From NCBI GenBank assembly GCA_002329075.1, contig DCXR01000074.1, positions 18,083-82,082 on the forward strand: a stretch of DNA of 64,000 nucleotides, in the 5' to 3' direction. The notes under the pieces were generated by a model, which ran no database searches, was not told the origin of the DNA, and saw only the letters and a list, made by a program, of their open reading frames with translations. The stretch is from Candidatus Neomicrothrix sp. UBA2131 (GTDB taxonomy: Bacteria; Actinomycetota; Acidimicrobiia; Acidimicrobiales; MedAcidi-G1). Made by a program: the position numbers and the translations under genes. Shown here one piece after another: positions 26,245 through 34,479 of this stretch; position 1 is the first letter of the stretch, and every line of letters begins with the position of its first letter.

Positions 26245-26610
26245 TCAGTTCGCCCGGGCGAGTGCGGCGGCGGCCCGTTGGGCGGCCACCTGACGACGAC
26301 CAATGATGGGCGTGGTCGGGGCGAAGCCGGCGGTGGCGCGCTCGGACTCGGATTCGCCACCCCAGTAGCCCAACTCGCGGTTCTGGCGGGCGTAGTTCTT
26401 GCAGGAACCGGCGACGGGGCAGGCATCGCACAGTTGGTTGGCCTTGGCCTCCCGTCGGACCCGGGCCTCGGGGCGTTCGGCGAAGGGGGCGAAGAACAGG
26501 TCGCTCTCCCCATGGCAGGCGGCGGCGTCGACCCAGGTCATCCGGTCGTCCGCCAGCAGGATCGCTGCTGCCACGGTCAGGTCATCGATGCGGGTAGCCA
26601 GGTCGGTCAT
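26245..26610 (-). CDS. WhiB-family (Wbl) Fe-S transcription factor
   Basis: Four Cys in the Wbl pattern (C-x28-C-x2-C-x5-C: AACHG...LCDACPVAGSC), followed by GYWGG. A GGAGG-type SD lies upstream of the ATG. Confidence 0.9.
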   Translation of the reverse strand: MTDLATRIDDLTVAAAILLADDRMTWVDAAACHGESDLFFAPFAERPEARVRREAKANQLCDACPVAGSCKNYARQNRELGYWGGESESERATAGFAPTTPIIGRRQVAAQRAAAALARAN

Positions 26611-26722
26611 CGTGGGATCTCCTCGTCTGTCTCGATGGAGGCGGCCCCTCTGCCGTCCCCCTCATCCACGGCACGCGAACGTACGCCCTTCTGTGACGCC
26701 GGTACAGGGATTCGCGATAATT

Positions 26723-26741
26723 GATAGAGAACCTATCTATC
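26723..26741. promoter_or_regulatory. Inverted repeat GATAGA-N7-TCTATC in AT-rich whiB / MaoC divergent region
   Basis: Perfect 6-bp arms in the most AT-rich stretch of the window (ttcgcgataattgatagagaacctatctatctcttctggtgattgatg). Confidence 0.35.
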
Positions 26742-26847
26742 TCTTCTGGTGATTGATGAGTCGGTGTCACATGCCTCCCCACGATTACTCCTCGGTAGTA
26801 ACCACGAACAGTCGGCCCATGGCGGCGCTCGGCCACGACGGAGTGCC

Positions 26848-27867
26848 ATGCTCTCCCCGATGAGCACGCCCGACCCGGCCAGCGACCCGGGCCCCTACTT
26901 CGACGACCTCTCGCTGGGACAGTTGCTCGACCCCGCTCCCGCCGTCACGATCGACGAGGGTGAGGCCGCCGTCTACCAGGCCATCTGCGGCGACCCCCTC
27001 GCCCTCACCCTGAGCGCACCGCTTGCGGAGGCCGTGACCGGAGCCCCCGGACGCCTGGCCAACCCGGCGCTCGTCATGCACGTCTCGATCGGCCAGAGCA
27101 CGGTCGCCACCCAACGGGTCATCGCCAACCTCTTCTACCGGGGCGTGGCACTGAGCGAGACCATCCGACTCGGCGAGACCCTGCACACCACGGTCGAGGT
27201 CCGAGGGCTGCGCGAGACCACCCGTCGCGACGACCGCCCGCCCCGGGGACTCGCACTGCTAGGCATCCGCACCGTCCGGGTCGACGACGGCGCCCCGGTC
27301 GTCGACTACGAGCGCTGCGCCATGCTGAGGTTCCGCGATGAGGCTGCCGAAACCGGCCACGCAGACGACCTCGGCGGCGCAGATCCCGAGGTCGACCTGG
27401 CCGCATGGACAGAACGCATACCACCGGGTTGGGACCCCTCGCCGTTGGCCGATGCCGCCGACCGGGACTGGGCCGTCGGCGAGACCCGGGCCGACCTGAT
27501 GCGCGACACCGTAACGGCCGCCCCCGAGTTGGCCAGGCTCAGCCAGAACCTGGCGCCGGTGCACCGCGACGCCGCCGCCAACGAGGGCGGCCGACGACTC
27601 GTCTACGGCGGCCACACCATCGGACTGGCCCAGGCCTCCCTGGCGCGCCGCATGCCCGGCACCGCCACGGTGCTTGGCTGGCAGTCCTGCGACCACCCCG
27701 GACCCGTGTTCGAGGACGACGTGCTGTCGTGTCGCCACACGCTGCTCGACGAACAGGCGGTCGCCGGAGGTCGCCTGCGGGCCGTCCGCACCGAGGTGTC
27801 AGCCGAACGGGACGGTGAAGACGTCGGCCCGGTCCTCGACTGGCGGCTCGTGACGTGGGGTGCCTGA
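26848..27867 (+). CDS. MaoC-family (double hotdog) acyl-CoA hydratase/dehydratase
   Basis: About 340 aa with two hotdog-like halves. The C-terminal half carries RLVYGGHTIGLAQA, which is typical of itaconyl/mesaconyl-CoA hydratase-like MaoC proteins. ATG 26848 was chosen; 26860 is also possible. Confidence 0.7.
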   Translation: MLSPMSTPDPASDPGPYFDDLSLGQLLDPAPAVTIDEGEAAVYQAICGDPLALTLSAPLAEAVTGAPGRLANPALVMHVSIGQSTVATQRVIANLFYRGVALSETIRLGETLHTTVEVRGLRETTRRDDRPPRGLALLGIRTVRVDDGAPVVDYERCAMLRFRDEAAETGHADDLGGADPEVDLAAWTERIPPGWDPSPLADAADRDWAVGETRADLMRDTVTAAPELARLSQNLAPVHRDAAANEGGRRLVYGGHTIGLAQASLARRMPGTATVLGWQSCDHPGPVFEDDVLSCRHTLLDEQAVAGGRLRAVRTEVSAERDGEDVGPVLDWRLVTWGA

Positions 27868-27871
27868 CCCG

Positions 27872-29071
27872 CTAGGTCGCGACGACTCCGCGCTCTACCA
27901 GTGAGCCGATCTCGGTGGCACCGAGGCCGAGGTCGTCGGCGAGCACCTGCTCGGTGTGCTCGCCCAGCCGTGGCGCCGTTGCCGCACCCCGTCCCTCGAC
28001 CCCGGCGAACGCCAGCGGCGAACCGCACACCAGGTGGCGGCCCACGCCGGGCTGGTCGAGGTCGGCGAACAGCGGGTTGACCGTCGAGCACCTCTGGTCC
28101 TCGTCTACCATTTCGATGAAGGTCCGGTAGGGACCCCAGCACACGCCCTCGGCATCGAGACCGGAGGCGACCTCAGCGAGCGTGCGTGCGGCGAACCATG
28201 GCCCGAACAGGCCGCCGAGCCGGTCGCGGGCGAGGTAGCGCTCTCCCTCGTCGGCGAAGTCGACGCCCAACTCGTCGGCCAACGCCTCCACGGCATCGGT
28301 CGTACCCGTGGCCGACTGGAGGCCCCGCCACTGCTTCGGACTGATCGCCACGACCATGACCCGGCGGCCGTCCCCGGTCGGGAAGTCTGAGCCGTAGGCG
28401 CCGTAGAGGTCGTTGCCGATGGCCTCCCGCTGCGTACCGAGCAACTGGGCCTCGGCCAGGGAGCCGAGCATGGAGACCGTCGCCAGCGCCACATCGGACA
28501 GGGCAAGGGTCACGAGGTCGCCTACTCCCTCGAGGATCCGTCGCCGGTCGGCGGCGAGGAGGCCCACGGCGGCCATCTGCCCGCACACCAGGTCCCATGC
28601 CGGTACCACGTTGTTGACGGGCCGGGGGTCGTCGGCATGTCCCGTGGCCGACGGGTAGCCCACGGCGCAGTTCACCGTGTAGTCGACAGCGGTGGTGCCG
28701 TCGTGGTTGCCGGTGATGGCGACCATCACCAGGCCGTCTCCGCGCTGACGCAGCGATTCGTACGACAGCCATCCGACGGCCGGGAAGTTGGTGAGGAAGT
28801 TGCCGGCCCGTCCGACCAACTCGGCGACCAGGTCCTGTGCCTCGGGGTCCCCGAGGTCGACCGCCAGCGAGCGCTTGCCCTTGTTGAGTCCGTTCCAGTA
28901 GAGGCTGGCGCCGTCGGGGGTGAGCGGCCAGCGCCGGTGGTCGATGCCGCCGCCGATGCGGTCGAAGCGGATGACATCGGCCCCCAGTTGGGCCAGCGTC
29001 ATGCCACCCGACGGTGCGGCGACGAAGGCGGAGCCCTCGACGACCGTCAGGCCCTCGAGCGGAAGCGACAC
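27872..29071 (-). CDS. CaiB/BaiF family III CoA-transferase
   Basis: 399 aa with a GTG start. The family opening is LEGLTVVEGSAFVAAPSGGMTLAQLGADVIRFD. The start lies 5 nt after the peroxiredoxin stop. Confidence 0.85.
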   Translation of the reverse strand: MSLPLEGLTVVEGSAFVAAPSGGMTLAQLGADVIRFDRIGGGIDHRRWPLTPDGASLYWNGLNKGKRSLAVDLGDPEAQDLVAELVGRAGNFLTNFPAVGWLSYESLRQRGDGLVMVAITGNHDGTTAVDYTVNCAVGYPSATGHADDPRPVNNVVPAWDLVCGQMAAVGLLAADRRRILEGVGDLVTLALSDVALATVSMLGSLAEAQLLGTQREAIGNDLYGAYGSDFPTGDGRRVMVVAISPKQWRGLQSATGTTDAVEALADELGVDFADEGERYLARDRLGGLFGPWFAARTLAEVASGLDAEGVCWGPYRTFIEMVDEDQRCSTVNPLFADLDQPGVGRHLVCGSPLAFAGVEGRGAATAPRLGEHTEQVLADDLGLGATEIGSLVERGVVAT

Positions 29072-29076
29072 GCTCT

Positions 29077-29544
29077 CTAACTCAGCGTGGCTATGTCGGC
29101 CAGCAGGTCGGCGGCGTGCTCGTCGAGCGTCGTCGAGGCGTTGAGGTCGTAGGCCCTGGCGATGGTGCCGTCGGGGCCGATCAGGTAGGAGATGCGCAGC
29201 GGGAAGGCTGCGAGTCCCCCGTCTTCCGGCCGTAGCACCTCGTAGGCCTCGCCCATCGTCCGGTCCGGGTCGGCCAGCAGGGCGTACGGGAACTGCTCGC
29301 TCTCGGCGAAGGCCTTCTGCTCCTCGACGGTGTCGAAGCTGGCGCCGACGATCACGGCGTTGGCGCCGGTGAACTCGGGGGCTCGATCACGGAGCCCCCC
29401 TCCTTCGATCGTTCAACCGGGGGTGCTGGCCTTGGGGTACCACCACAGGGCCACCCACCTGCCGGCCAGGTCGTCGAGGGTGACGGTGTTGCCGTCCTGG
29501 TCGGGCACCGAGAATGCCGGCGCCGCGGTTCCTGCTTCGAGCAT
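29077..29544 (-). CDS. Bcp/PrxQ-type peroxiredoxin with in-frame TGA at the peroxidatic position (candidate selenoprotein, 155 codons)
   Basis: ATG 29542-29544 is preceded by AAGGA. Translation gives ...WVALWWYPKASTPG-TGA(29413-29415)-TIEGGGLRDRAPEF...VIVGASFDTVEEQKAF..., and it runs in frame into ORF 29077..29355. The TGA replaces the Cys of the PxxxTxxC motif. Confidence 0.7.
29377..29399 (-). promoter_or_regulatory. SECIS-like hairpin GGGGGCUC-CGUGAUC-GAGCCCCC
   Basis: Perfect 8-bp GC-rich stem with a 7-nt loop containing GU. It starts 13 nt after the in-frame UGA, so the apical loop lies 22-28 nt downstream, within the range described for bacterial SECIS elements. Confidence 0.6.
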
Positions 29545-29611
29545 CGTGGTCCTTTCAGGTCCGGGGGTCGATCGATGACGACCCTAGTTGGCGGCCGCGA
29601 GGATGGCCCGA

Positions 29612-32563
29612 TCAGTCGTCGAGGGCCTCGACCATCACCGAGTCGACGGACACGGCGGGTTCGTCCACATCCGGTTCGTCATCGTCGCCTTCGAACGCCT
29701 CGTCGAGTACCGACATGGCCTCTTCGAAGGCGTCGAAGACCGCGTTGTCGCCTGTGCCGCAGGCGAGGAAGAAGCCGTCGATCGCATACTCGGCCTCGCC
29801 GGGATCCTCGAACCCGTACTCCGACCCCAGGGTTTCGAGGGATGCCAGTTCGGGCAGGGCGGAGAGGAAGTCGTCCTTGCCGTCGAAGGCGTCGGCCACC
29901 CCGGCGGCCGCCGCGGACAGGTAGGCGGCGTTCGGCTGGAGTACGTCAGGGAGTTCGCCGACCAGCCAGGCCGCGTAGTCGCCGCCGGCACGCATGGTGT
30001 CGGCAAGGTCGGTGGGCGTGGCCGGTCGCCGATCCATGGAAGCGAGCGCCGTGGCCACCCGGGCTTCGTTGTCGGCGCAGAGGCCCTCTGAGGCGGTCGG
30101 ACCGTCGTAGGCGTCGGGCACGGGAACCTCCTCGAGGATCCCGACCTCGCCGTACTCGGGCTCGAGGTGGGCGCAGGCGGCATAGGCGGCGTCGTTGCGG
30201 TCCTGGAACTCCTCGGTCCACTCCTCGTTCCACCATCCGGGGCCACCCATCTCGGCGTCCATGCACTCCTCGTGGGCGACCCAGGCCTCGGTCGAGGCGA
30301 TCTGCTCCTCGATCCACCTCTTCTCGTCGTCGGGAGCCAGTTCGACGCACGACTTCATGCCCTCGAGGTACGCCGACTGGGACCATTCGTCGTCGGAGCT
30401 GACGTGGCCCCCCATGCACTCCTCGTACGGGAGCATCTCCTCCATTTCGACCAACCACTCCTCCATCTCGGCGCGCTGACCCTCGGGTGCGAGCGACACG
30501 CACTCGCTCATGCCCCGGACGTAGGCGGCCTGTGACCACTCCTCGTCGTCGAAGCCGATGTGGCCCTCCATGCACTCCTCGTACGGGAGCATCTCCTCCA
30601 TCGACTCGAGGTCACGCAGCATTTCGGCCTGAGCGTCCTCGGGCAACAGCGGCAGGCAGTCGCGCATGGCCTTGGTGTACGCCACCGACGACCACGAGTC
30701 CCGCGGCACCGCATCCTCGAGGCATTCCTCGTAGGGGCCCCACTCCTCGTCGTAGCCGCCCCGGTCGTCATCGTCCCAGTCGCCGTCACCCGCACAGGCC
30801 CCGAAGGCGAAGCCGCCGCCGTCCGAGACGGCGTCGGCGGGGTCACCGCAGCCGGAAGCCAACTTCTCGTCGTCGGAACCCGGATCGGAGTAGTCCCAGA
30901 GCACGTCGCAACTCCACGGGTCGCCGGACGTGCAGTCCCCGGCCAACACGGCCGGGTCGATCTCGGGCATGGCGGACTCGGTGCGCAACGCACCGGCACT
31001 CGTGCTCGACGGGTAGTCGTCGTTCGGTTCCATCGCCTGGTCCATCCCGCCCTCGGCCTTGCCGTCGCCGCCCATCAACTCCTCGGAGGCACCGAGGATC
31101 TCGCCCGCCGCCACGGGTGCGAGGAGGACGTCCTCGATGCCGAGGCCGATGTCGTCGAAGGCGCCCGAGAGTGCTGCGTCGAGCACCACGGCCATGTACT
31201 CGACCACGGTCTCGACCGGGCTGAGGTACCACGAGCCGTCGATCCTGCGCGTCACGACGAACAGGCCGTCGACGCCCAGGCCCGGTATGGCGTCCTCGAG
31301 GCAGCCCTCGTGCAGGCCCGTCGACCGGTCGGGGCCACCTTCGTCCTGCAGGTCGGCCAGGTAGTCGAACGCCGCACAGGTACCCCGGATCGTCAGCGTG
31401 GCGTCGGCGGACGCAGAACCCGCACCCTCGGGAAGGGTCAACGACCCGACCAGGTGCAGTACGACATCGGATACCACGACCTTGGTGCGTTCTTCGTCGA
31501 GCACCTCCTCGGTGGTGCCGATCTCGAGCGTGATGTCGAGTGCCGGCTCCATCTCGGCGACGAGGTCCTCGACCATGTCGGCCATCTCGTCGGTGTCCAT
31601 CTCCATCCCGTCGGGCACCGACTCGTTGACCTCGTCGAACAGACCCTGGAACATGGGGAGGTGGTCGAGGAACACGGACATCTCGTCGGGTGCGACCGGG
31701 ATCACCCCCTGGAGGGGATCCGCCAGGTCGATCGAGGGCACGAGCACCCCGGTCCGTATCTGGGCCAGCGCGGCATCGACCTCGGTATCGAAGTCGAAGC
31801 CGTTGACCTGGTCGACCACCACCTGGAGCACCCCGGAGGCGCTGTCGGTGCCCGCCGGCAGGCCGACCGTGGAGCCCTCGTAGTCGACCGGAGGCAGGTC
31901 GAGGAGCGTCCTCACGTATTCGAAGGAGGTGTAGAGAGGGCTCACGAACCAACGGCCCCGCTCGTGGACGACCATCACGAAGAGTTCTGATGGAAGCCTG
32001 ACGTCGAGGAGGTCGCCCGACTCGTAGGCGGCCGCCTCCTCGGCCAGCATCTCGTTGATCTCACCGAGCGTGATCGACTCGTCGACGGCCTCGGCCCCCT
32101 CCCGGAGGTTGGCGTCCATGGCCGACGGATCGACCGTGATACCGAGGCCGCCGTCGACGAGGTACACCTTGTGGACCCGTTCGTGGAGTGCGTCGACCCG
32201 GATGTCGAGGTCGGCGACCTGGAGGTCGATTCCTGCAAGGGGGTCGCTGCCGGCCAACGCCCCCTCCTTCTGCGCCAACTCGATCACCCGCGTGTAGAGG
32301 TCGACGGCATGGCCGACCTCGGACGGCGGAAGCATGGCCGCTGCACCCACCACGTCCTCGGCGGCCAGCGCCACGGCGAGGCCGTTGACGGCCTCCTCGG
32401 GAGAAGCCGCACCGATCACCGAGCCCTCGGAGGCGGAGCGCAGGCTCAGGATGACGGCGACGACGACGACCGCCGCCACGAGTGCCCCCAGAAGTGTCCA
32501 GCGCCTCGAACCCGAGGCCCGGCTCGCTTCACCTACGTGGTCGGGTACCGCCGTCGCGTCCAT
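29612..32563 (-). CDS. Large, extremely acidic, N-terminally membrane-anchored protein of unknown function (983 aa) with Cys-pair tandem repeats
   Basis: Long ORF with GC3 bias. Its antisense partner ORFs are His/Arg/Leu junk. The N-terminus has a basic patch followed by a TM helix (SRRWTLLGALVAAVVVVAVILSL). The rest is D/E-rich with very few K/R. I recognise no family. Confidence 0.8.
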   Translation of the reverse strand: MDATAVPDHVGEASRASGSRRWTLLGALVAAVVVVAVILSLRSASEGSVIGAASPEEAVNGLAVALAAEDVVGAAAMLPPSEVGHAVDLYTRVIELAQKEGALAGSDPLAGIDLQVADLDIRVDALHERVHKVYLVDGGLGITVDPSAMDANLREGAEAVDESITLGEINEMLAEEAAAYESGDLLDVRLPSELFVMVVHERGRWFVSPLYTSFEYVRTLLDLPPVDYEGSTVGLPAGTDSASGVLQVVVDQVNGFDFDTEVDAALAQIRTGVLVPSIDLADPLQGVIPVAPDEMSVFLDHLPMFQGLFDEVNESVPDGMEMDTDEMADMVEDLVAEMEPALDITLEIGTTEEVLDEERTKVVVSDVVLHLVGSLTLPEGAGSASADATLTIRGTCAAFDYLADLQDEGGPDRSTGLHEGCLEDAIPGLGVDGLFVVTRRIDGSWYLSPVETVVEYMAVVLDAALSGAFDDIGLGIEDVLLAPVAAGEILGASEELMGGDGKAEGGMDQAMEPNDDYPSSTSAGALRTESAMPEIDPAVLAGDCTSGDPWSCDVLWDYSDPGSDDEKLASGCGDPADAVSDGGGFAFGACAGDGDWDDDDRGGYDEEWGPYEECLEDAVPRDSWSSVAYTKAMRDCLPLLPEDAQAEMLRDLESMEEMLPYEECMEGHIGFDDEEWSQAAYVRGMSECVSLAPEGQRAEMEEWLVEMEEMLPYEECMGGHVSSDDEWSQSAYLEGMKSCVELAPDDEKRWIEEQIASTEAWVAHEECMDAEMGGPGWWNEEWTEEFQDRNDAAYAACAHLEPEYGEVGILEEVPVPDAYDGPTASEGLCADNEARVATALASMDRRPATPTDLADTMRAGGDYAAWLVGELPDVLQPNAAYLSAAAAGVADAFDGKDDFLSALPELASLETLGSEYGFEDPGEAEYAIDGFFLACGTGDNAVFDAFEEAMSVLDEAFEGDDDEPDVDEPAVSVDSVMVEALDD
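30130..30745 (-). repeat. Four tandem about 52-codon repeats inside the acidic protein gene (consensus PYEECM-x8-W-x3-AY-x3-M-x2-C-x2-L-x-P)
   Basis: An identical 33-nt block, catgcactcctcgtacgggagcatctcctccat, occurs at 30413-30445 and 30569-30601, a period of 156 nt. The protein repeats start PYEECLEDAV, PYEECMEGHI, PYEECMGGHV and AHEECMDAEM. Confidence 0.8.
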
Positions 32564-32988
32564 GCGGCGAGGCTACCGCCGACCGTGGTCAAGATCCCGG
32601 CCATCCCGGCCAGCCAGAGCCCCGTCCCGATGTGCGTGGCGTCGGCGACCCTCGCCGCCACTGCGACCACTACGGCGACCAGCATGACGACCCCGCCGAG
32701 CAGGCCGTGGGAAGGTCGCGCCCGCGGCGGTCCGGGCCAGGTCAGGAGCAGCACCGAGGCCGCTCCTGCCAGTGGAACCAGGTACCAGGCGATCCCCACC
32801 CACCCGGGTGGCCCGCCGCCCAGGTCGTCGCCCACGACCACCCAGAGTTCGGCCATCCGGAACCCGGTGACCGACGAGCCGACGACCTCGACCCAGGTGG
32901 CCCAGCCGCTCAGGATCGTGCCGACGGCCCCGAGCGCCACCAGGCCGACGGACAGGCGACCCGCAGCAGCAGGACCGGTGCTGGTCAT
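32533..32988 (-). CDS. Hypothetical integral membrane protein (151 aa, about 4 TM)
   Basis: Hydrophobic segments and good GC3 bias. The ATGA overlap links it to the aldehyde dehydrogenase stop. Its 3' end overlaps the acidic-protein start by 31 nt. Confidence 0.65.
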   Translation of the reverse strand: MTSTGPAAAGRLSVGLVALGAVGTILSGWATWVEVVGSSVTGFRMAELWVVVGDDLGGGPPGWVGIAWYLVPLAGAASVLLLTWPGPPRARPSHGLLGGVVMLVAVVVAVAARVADATHIGTGLWLAGMAGILTTVGGSLAAWTRRRYPTT

Positions 32989-34445
32989 GCCAGCCAGGAG
33001 ACCGCCTGGACCTCGCTGTAGGCCTCGAGGCCCCAGACGCCGCGGTCGCGACCTATGCCCGACATCTTGAAGCCGCCGAACGGGGCCTCGTTGTGGGGCT
33101 GGATGCTGTTGAGCGCCACGTTTCCGGACTGCAGGCGCCTGGCGATGCTGTGGGCACGTGCGGTATCACCGGCATAGACGTAGCTGAACAGCCCGTAGTC
33201 GGAGTCGTTGGCGATCGACACTGCCTCGTCGTCGTCATCGTGTGGGAGCACCACGACGACCGGACCGAAGGCCTCCTCGCGCACGCAGTGCATGTCGGGG
33301 GTGCAGTCGGCCATAAGGGTCGGTGCCACGTAGTAGCCGGGCAGGTCGGGGCGCTCGCCGCCGGCGACCAGCGTGGCCCCGGCGTCGACGCCGCCACGGA
33401 TGAACGCCTCGACGCTGTCCCGCTGGCGTTCGCTGATGAGCGGACCGACCAGGGTGTCGTCGTCGAGCGGGTCGCCCACCTTGAGCATCCCGGACACGGC
33501 CTCGAGGGTCGACACGAGCTGGTCGTAGAGGCTGCGGTGGCAGATGACCCTGGTGGGCGCCGTGCAGATCTGACCGCTGTGGAAGCCCCACACGCTGGCG
33601 ATGGCCTGCACGGCGGCGTTCACGTCGGCGTCGTCGGTCATGACGAGGGCGCCCTTGCCGCCGAGTTCCATGAGCACCCGGGTCATGGTGGCGGCGCCAT
33701 TGGCGTAGATGGCCGCACCGATGGCCGACGAGCCCGTGAAGCTGACCATGTTGACGCCCGGCGAGGCGACCAGGGTCGACGGTACATCCGAGCCCGAAGA
33801 GGTCAGGACGTTGACCACACCGGGCGGGAAGCCGGCCTCGGTGACGGCCCGGCCGAGGAGCAGGATGCCGAGCGGGTCCTGGGGCGCCGGCTTGATGATG
33901 CAGGTGTTGCCCATCGCCAGCGCCGGGGCGATCTTGCCGGCCATGTTCACGAGCGGGAAGTTGTAGGGGGTGATGCAGACGACCACGCCGACCGGCTGGC
34001 GGTGGACGACGGCTCCGACGAGGCCGGCCGGACCGAGTGCGGAGGCTCCGGCGGGCATGGGTTTCTCGGCGACGTCGAGATCCCGGGGTCTCGAGTAGTA
34101 GCGGAACCGGTCCACGAAGGTGCCACCCAGTTGCAGGGTCTGTGCGATCTTCATGGTGGCGCCGGTCTCGGCCTGCACGAGGGTCGCCCAGTCGGGCGAA
34201 CGTTCGGCCAGGATGTCGGCCAGGCGGCCGAGGAGGGCGCACCGCTCGACCATGGGCGTGTCGCGCCATCCGGGGAGCGCCCGGTTGGCGGCGACGATGG
34301 CGGCCTCGGCATCGGCGACGGTGGCCTCGGGGGCGTGGCCGATGACGGCGGTGGTGCTGGGATCGACGATCTCGTAGGTGGCGGAGGTTGCAACCTCGTC
34401 GCCTCCGATGAGGAGGTTCCACTGCTCCTGGGGGTCGATCTCCAT
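32985..34445 (-). CDS. Aldehyde dehydrogenase family protein
   Basis: 486 aa. Motifs: FTGSSAIG, the catalytic Glu in VLMELGGKG, the catalytic Cys in GQICTAPTR, and EEAFGPV. Confidence 0.9.
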   Translation of the reverse strand: MEIDPQEQWNLLIGGDEVATSATYEIVDPSTTAVIGHAPEATVADAEAAIVAANRALPGWRDTPMVERCALLGRLADILAERSPDWATLVQAETGATMKIAQTLQLGGTFVDRFRYYSRPRDLDVAEKPMPAGASALGPAGLVGAVVHRQPVGVVVCITPYNFPLVNMAGKIAPALAMGNTCIIKPAPQDPLGILLLGRAVTEAGFPPGVVNVLTSSGSDVPSTLVASPGVNMVSFTGSSAIGAAIYANGAATMTRVLMELGGKGALVMTDDADVNAAVQAIASVWGFHSGQICTAPTRVICHRSLYDQLVSTLEAVSGMLKVGDPLDDDTLVGPLISERQRDSVEAFIRGGVDAGATLVAGGERPDLPGYYVAPTLMADCTPDMHCVREEAFGPVVVVLPHDDDDEAVSIANDSDYGLFSYVYAGDTARAHSIARRLQSGNVALNSIQPHNEAPFGGFKMSGIGRDRGVWGLEAYSEVQAVSWLA

Positions 34446-34479
34446 CGTCGCTCCTGGTCGGTGTGCCCCGGCCGGGGGG

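Noticed and set aside
29077-29355. Stand-alone 92-aa ORF as given in the ORF track
   Set aside because: It is only the C-terminal half of a peroxiredoxin fold, without any catalytic residue. The N-terminal half is in the same frame upstream, interrupted by a single TGA. I therefore re-called it as one gene (29077..29544) with UGA read-through, or alternatively a pseudogene.
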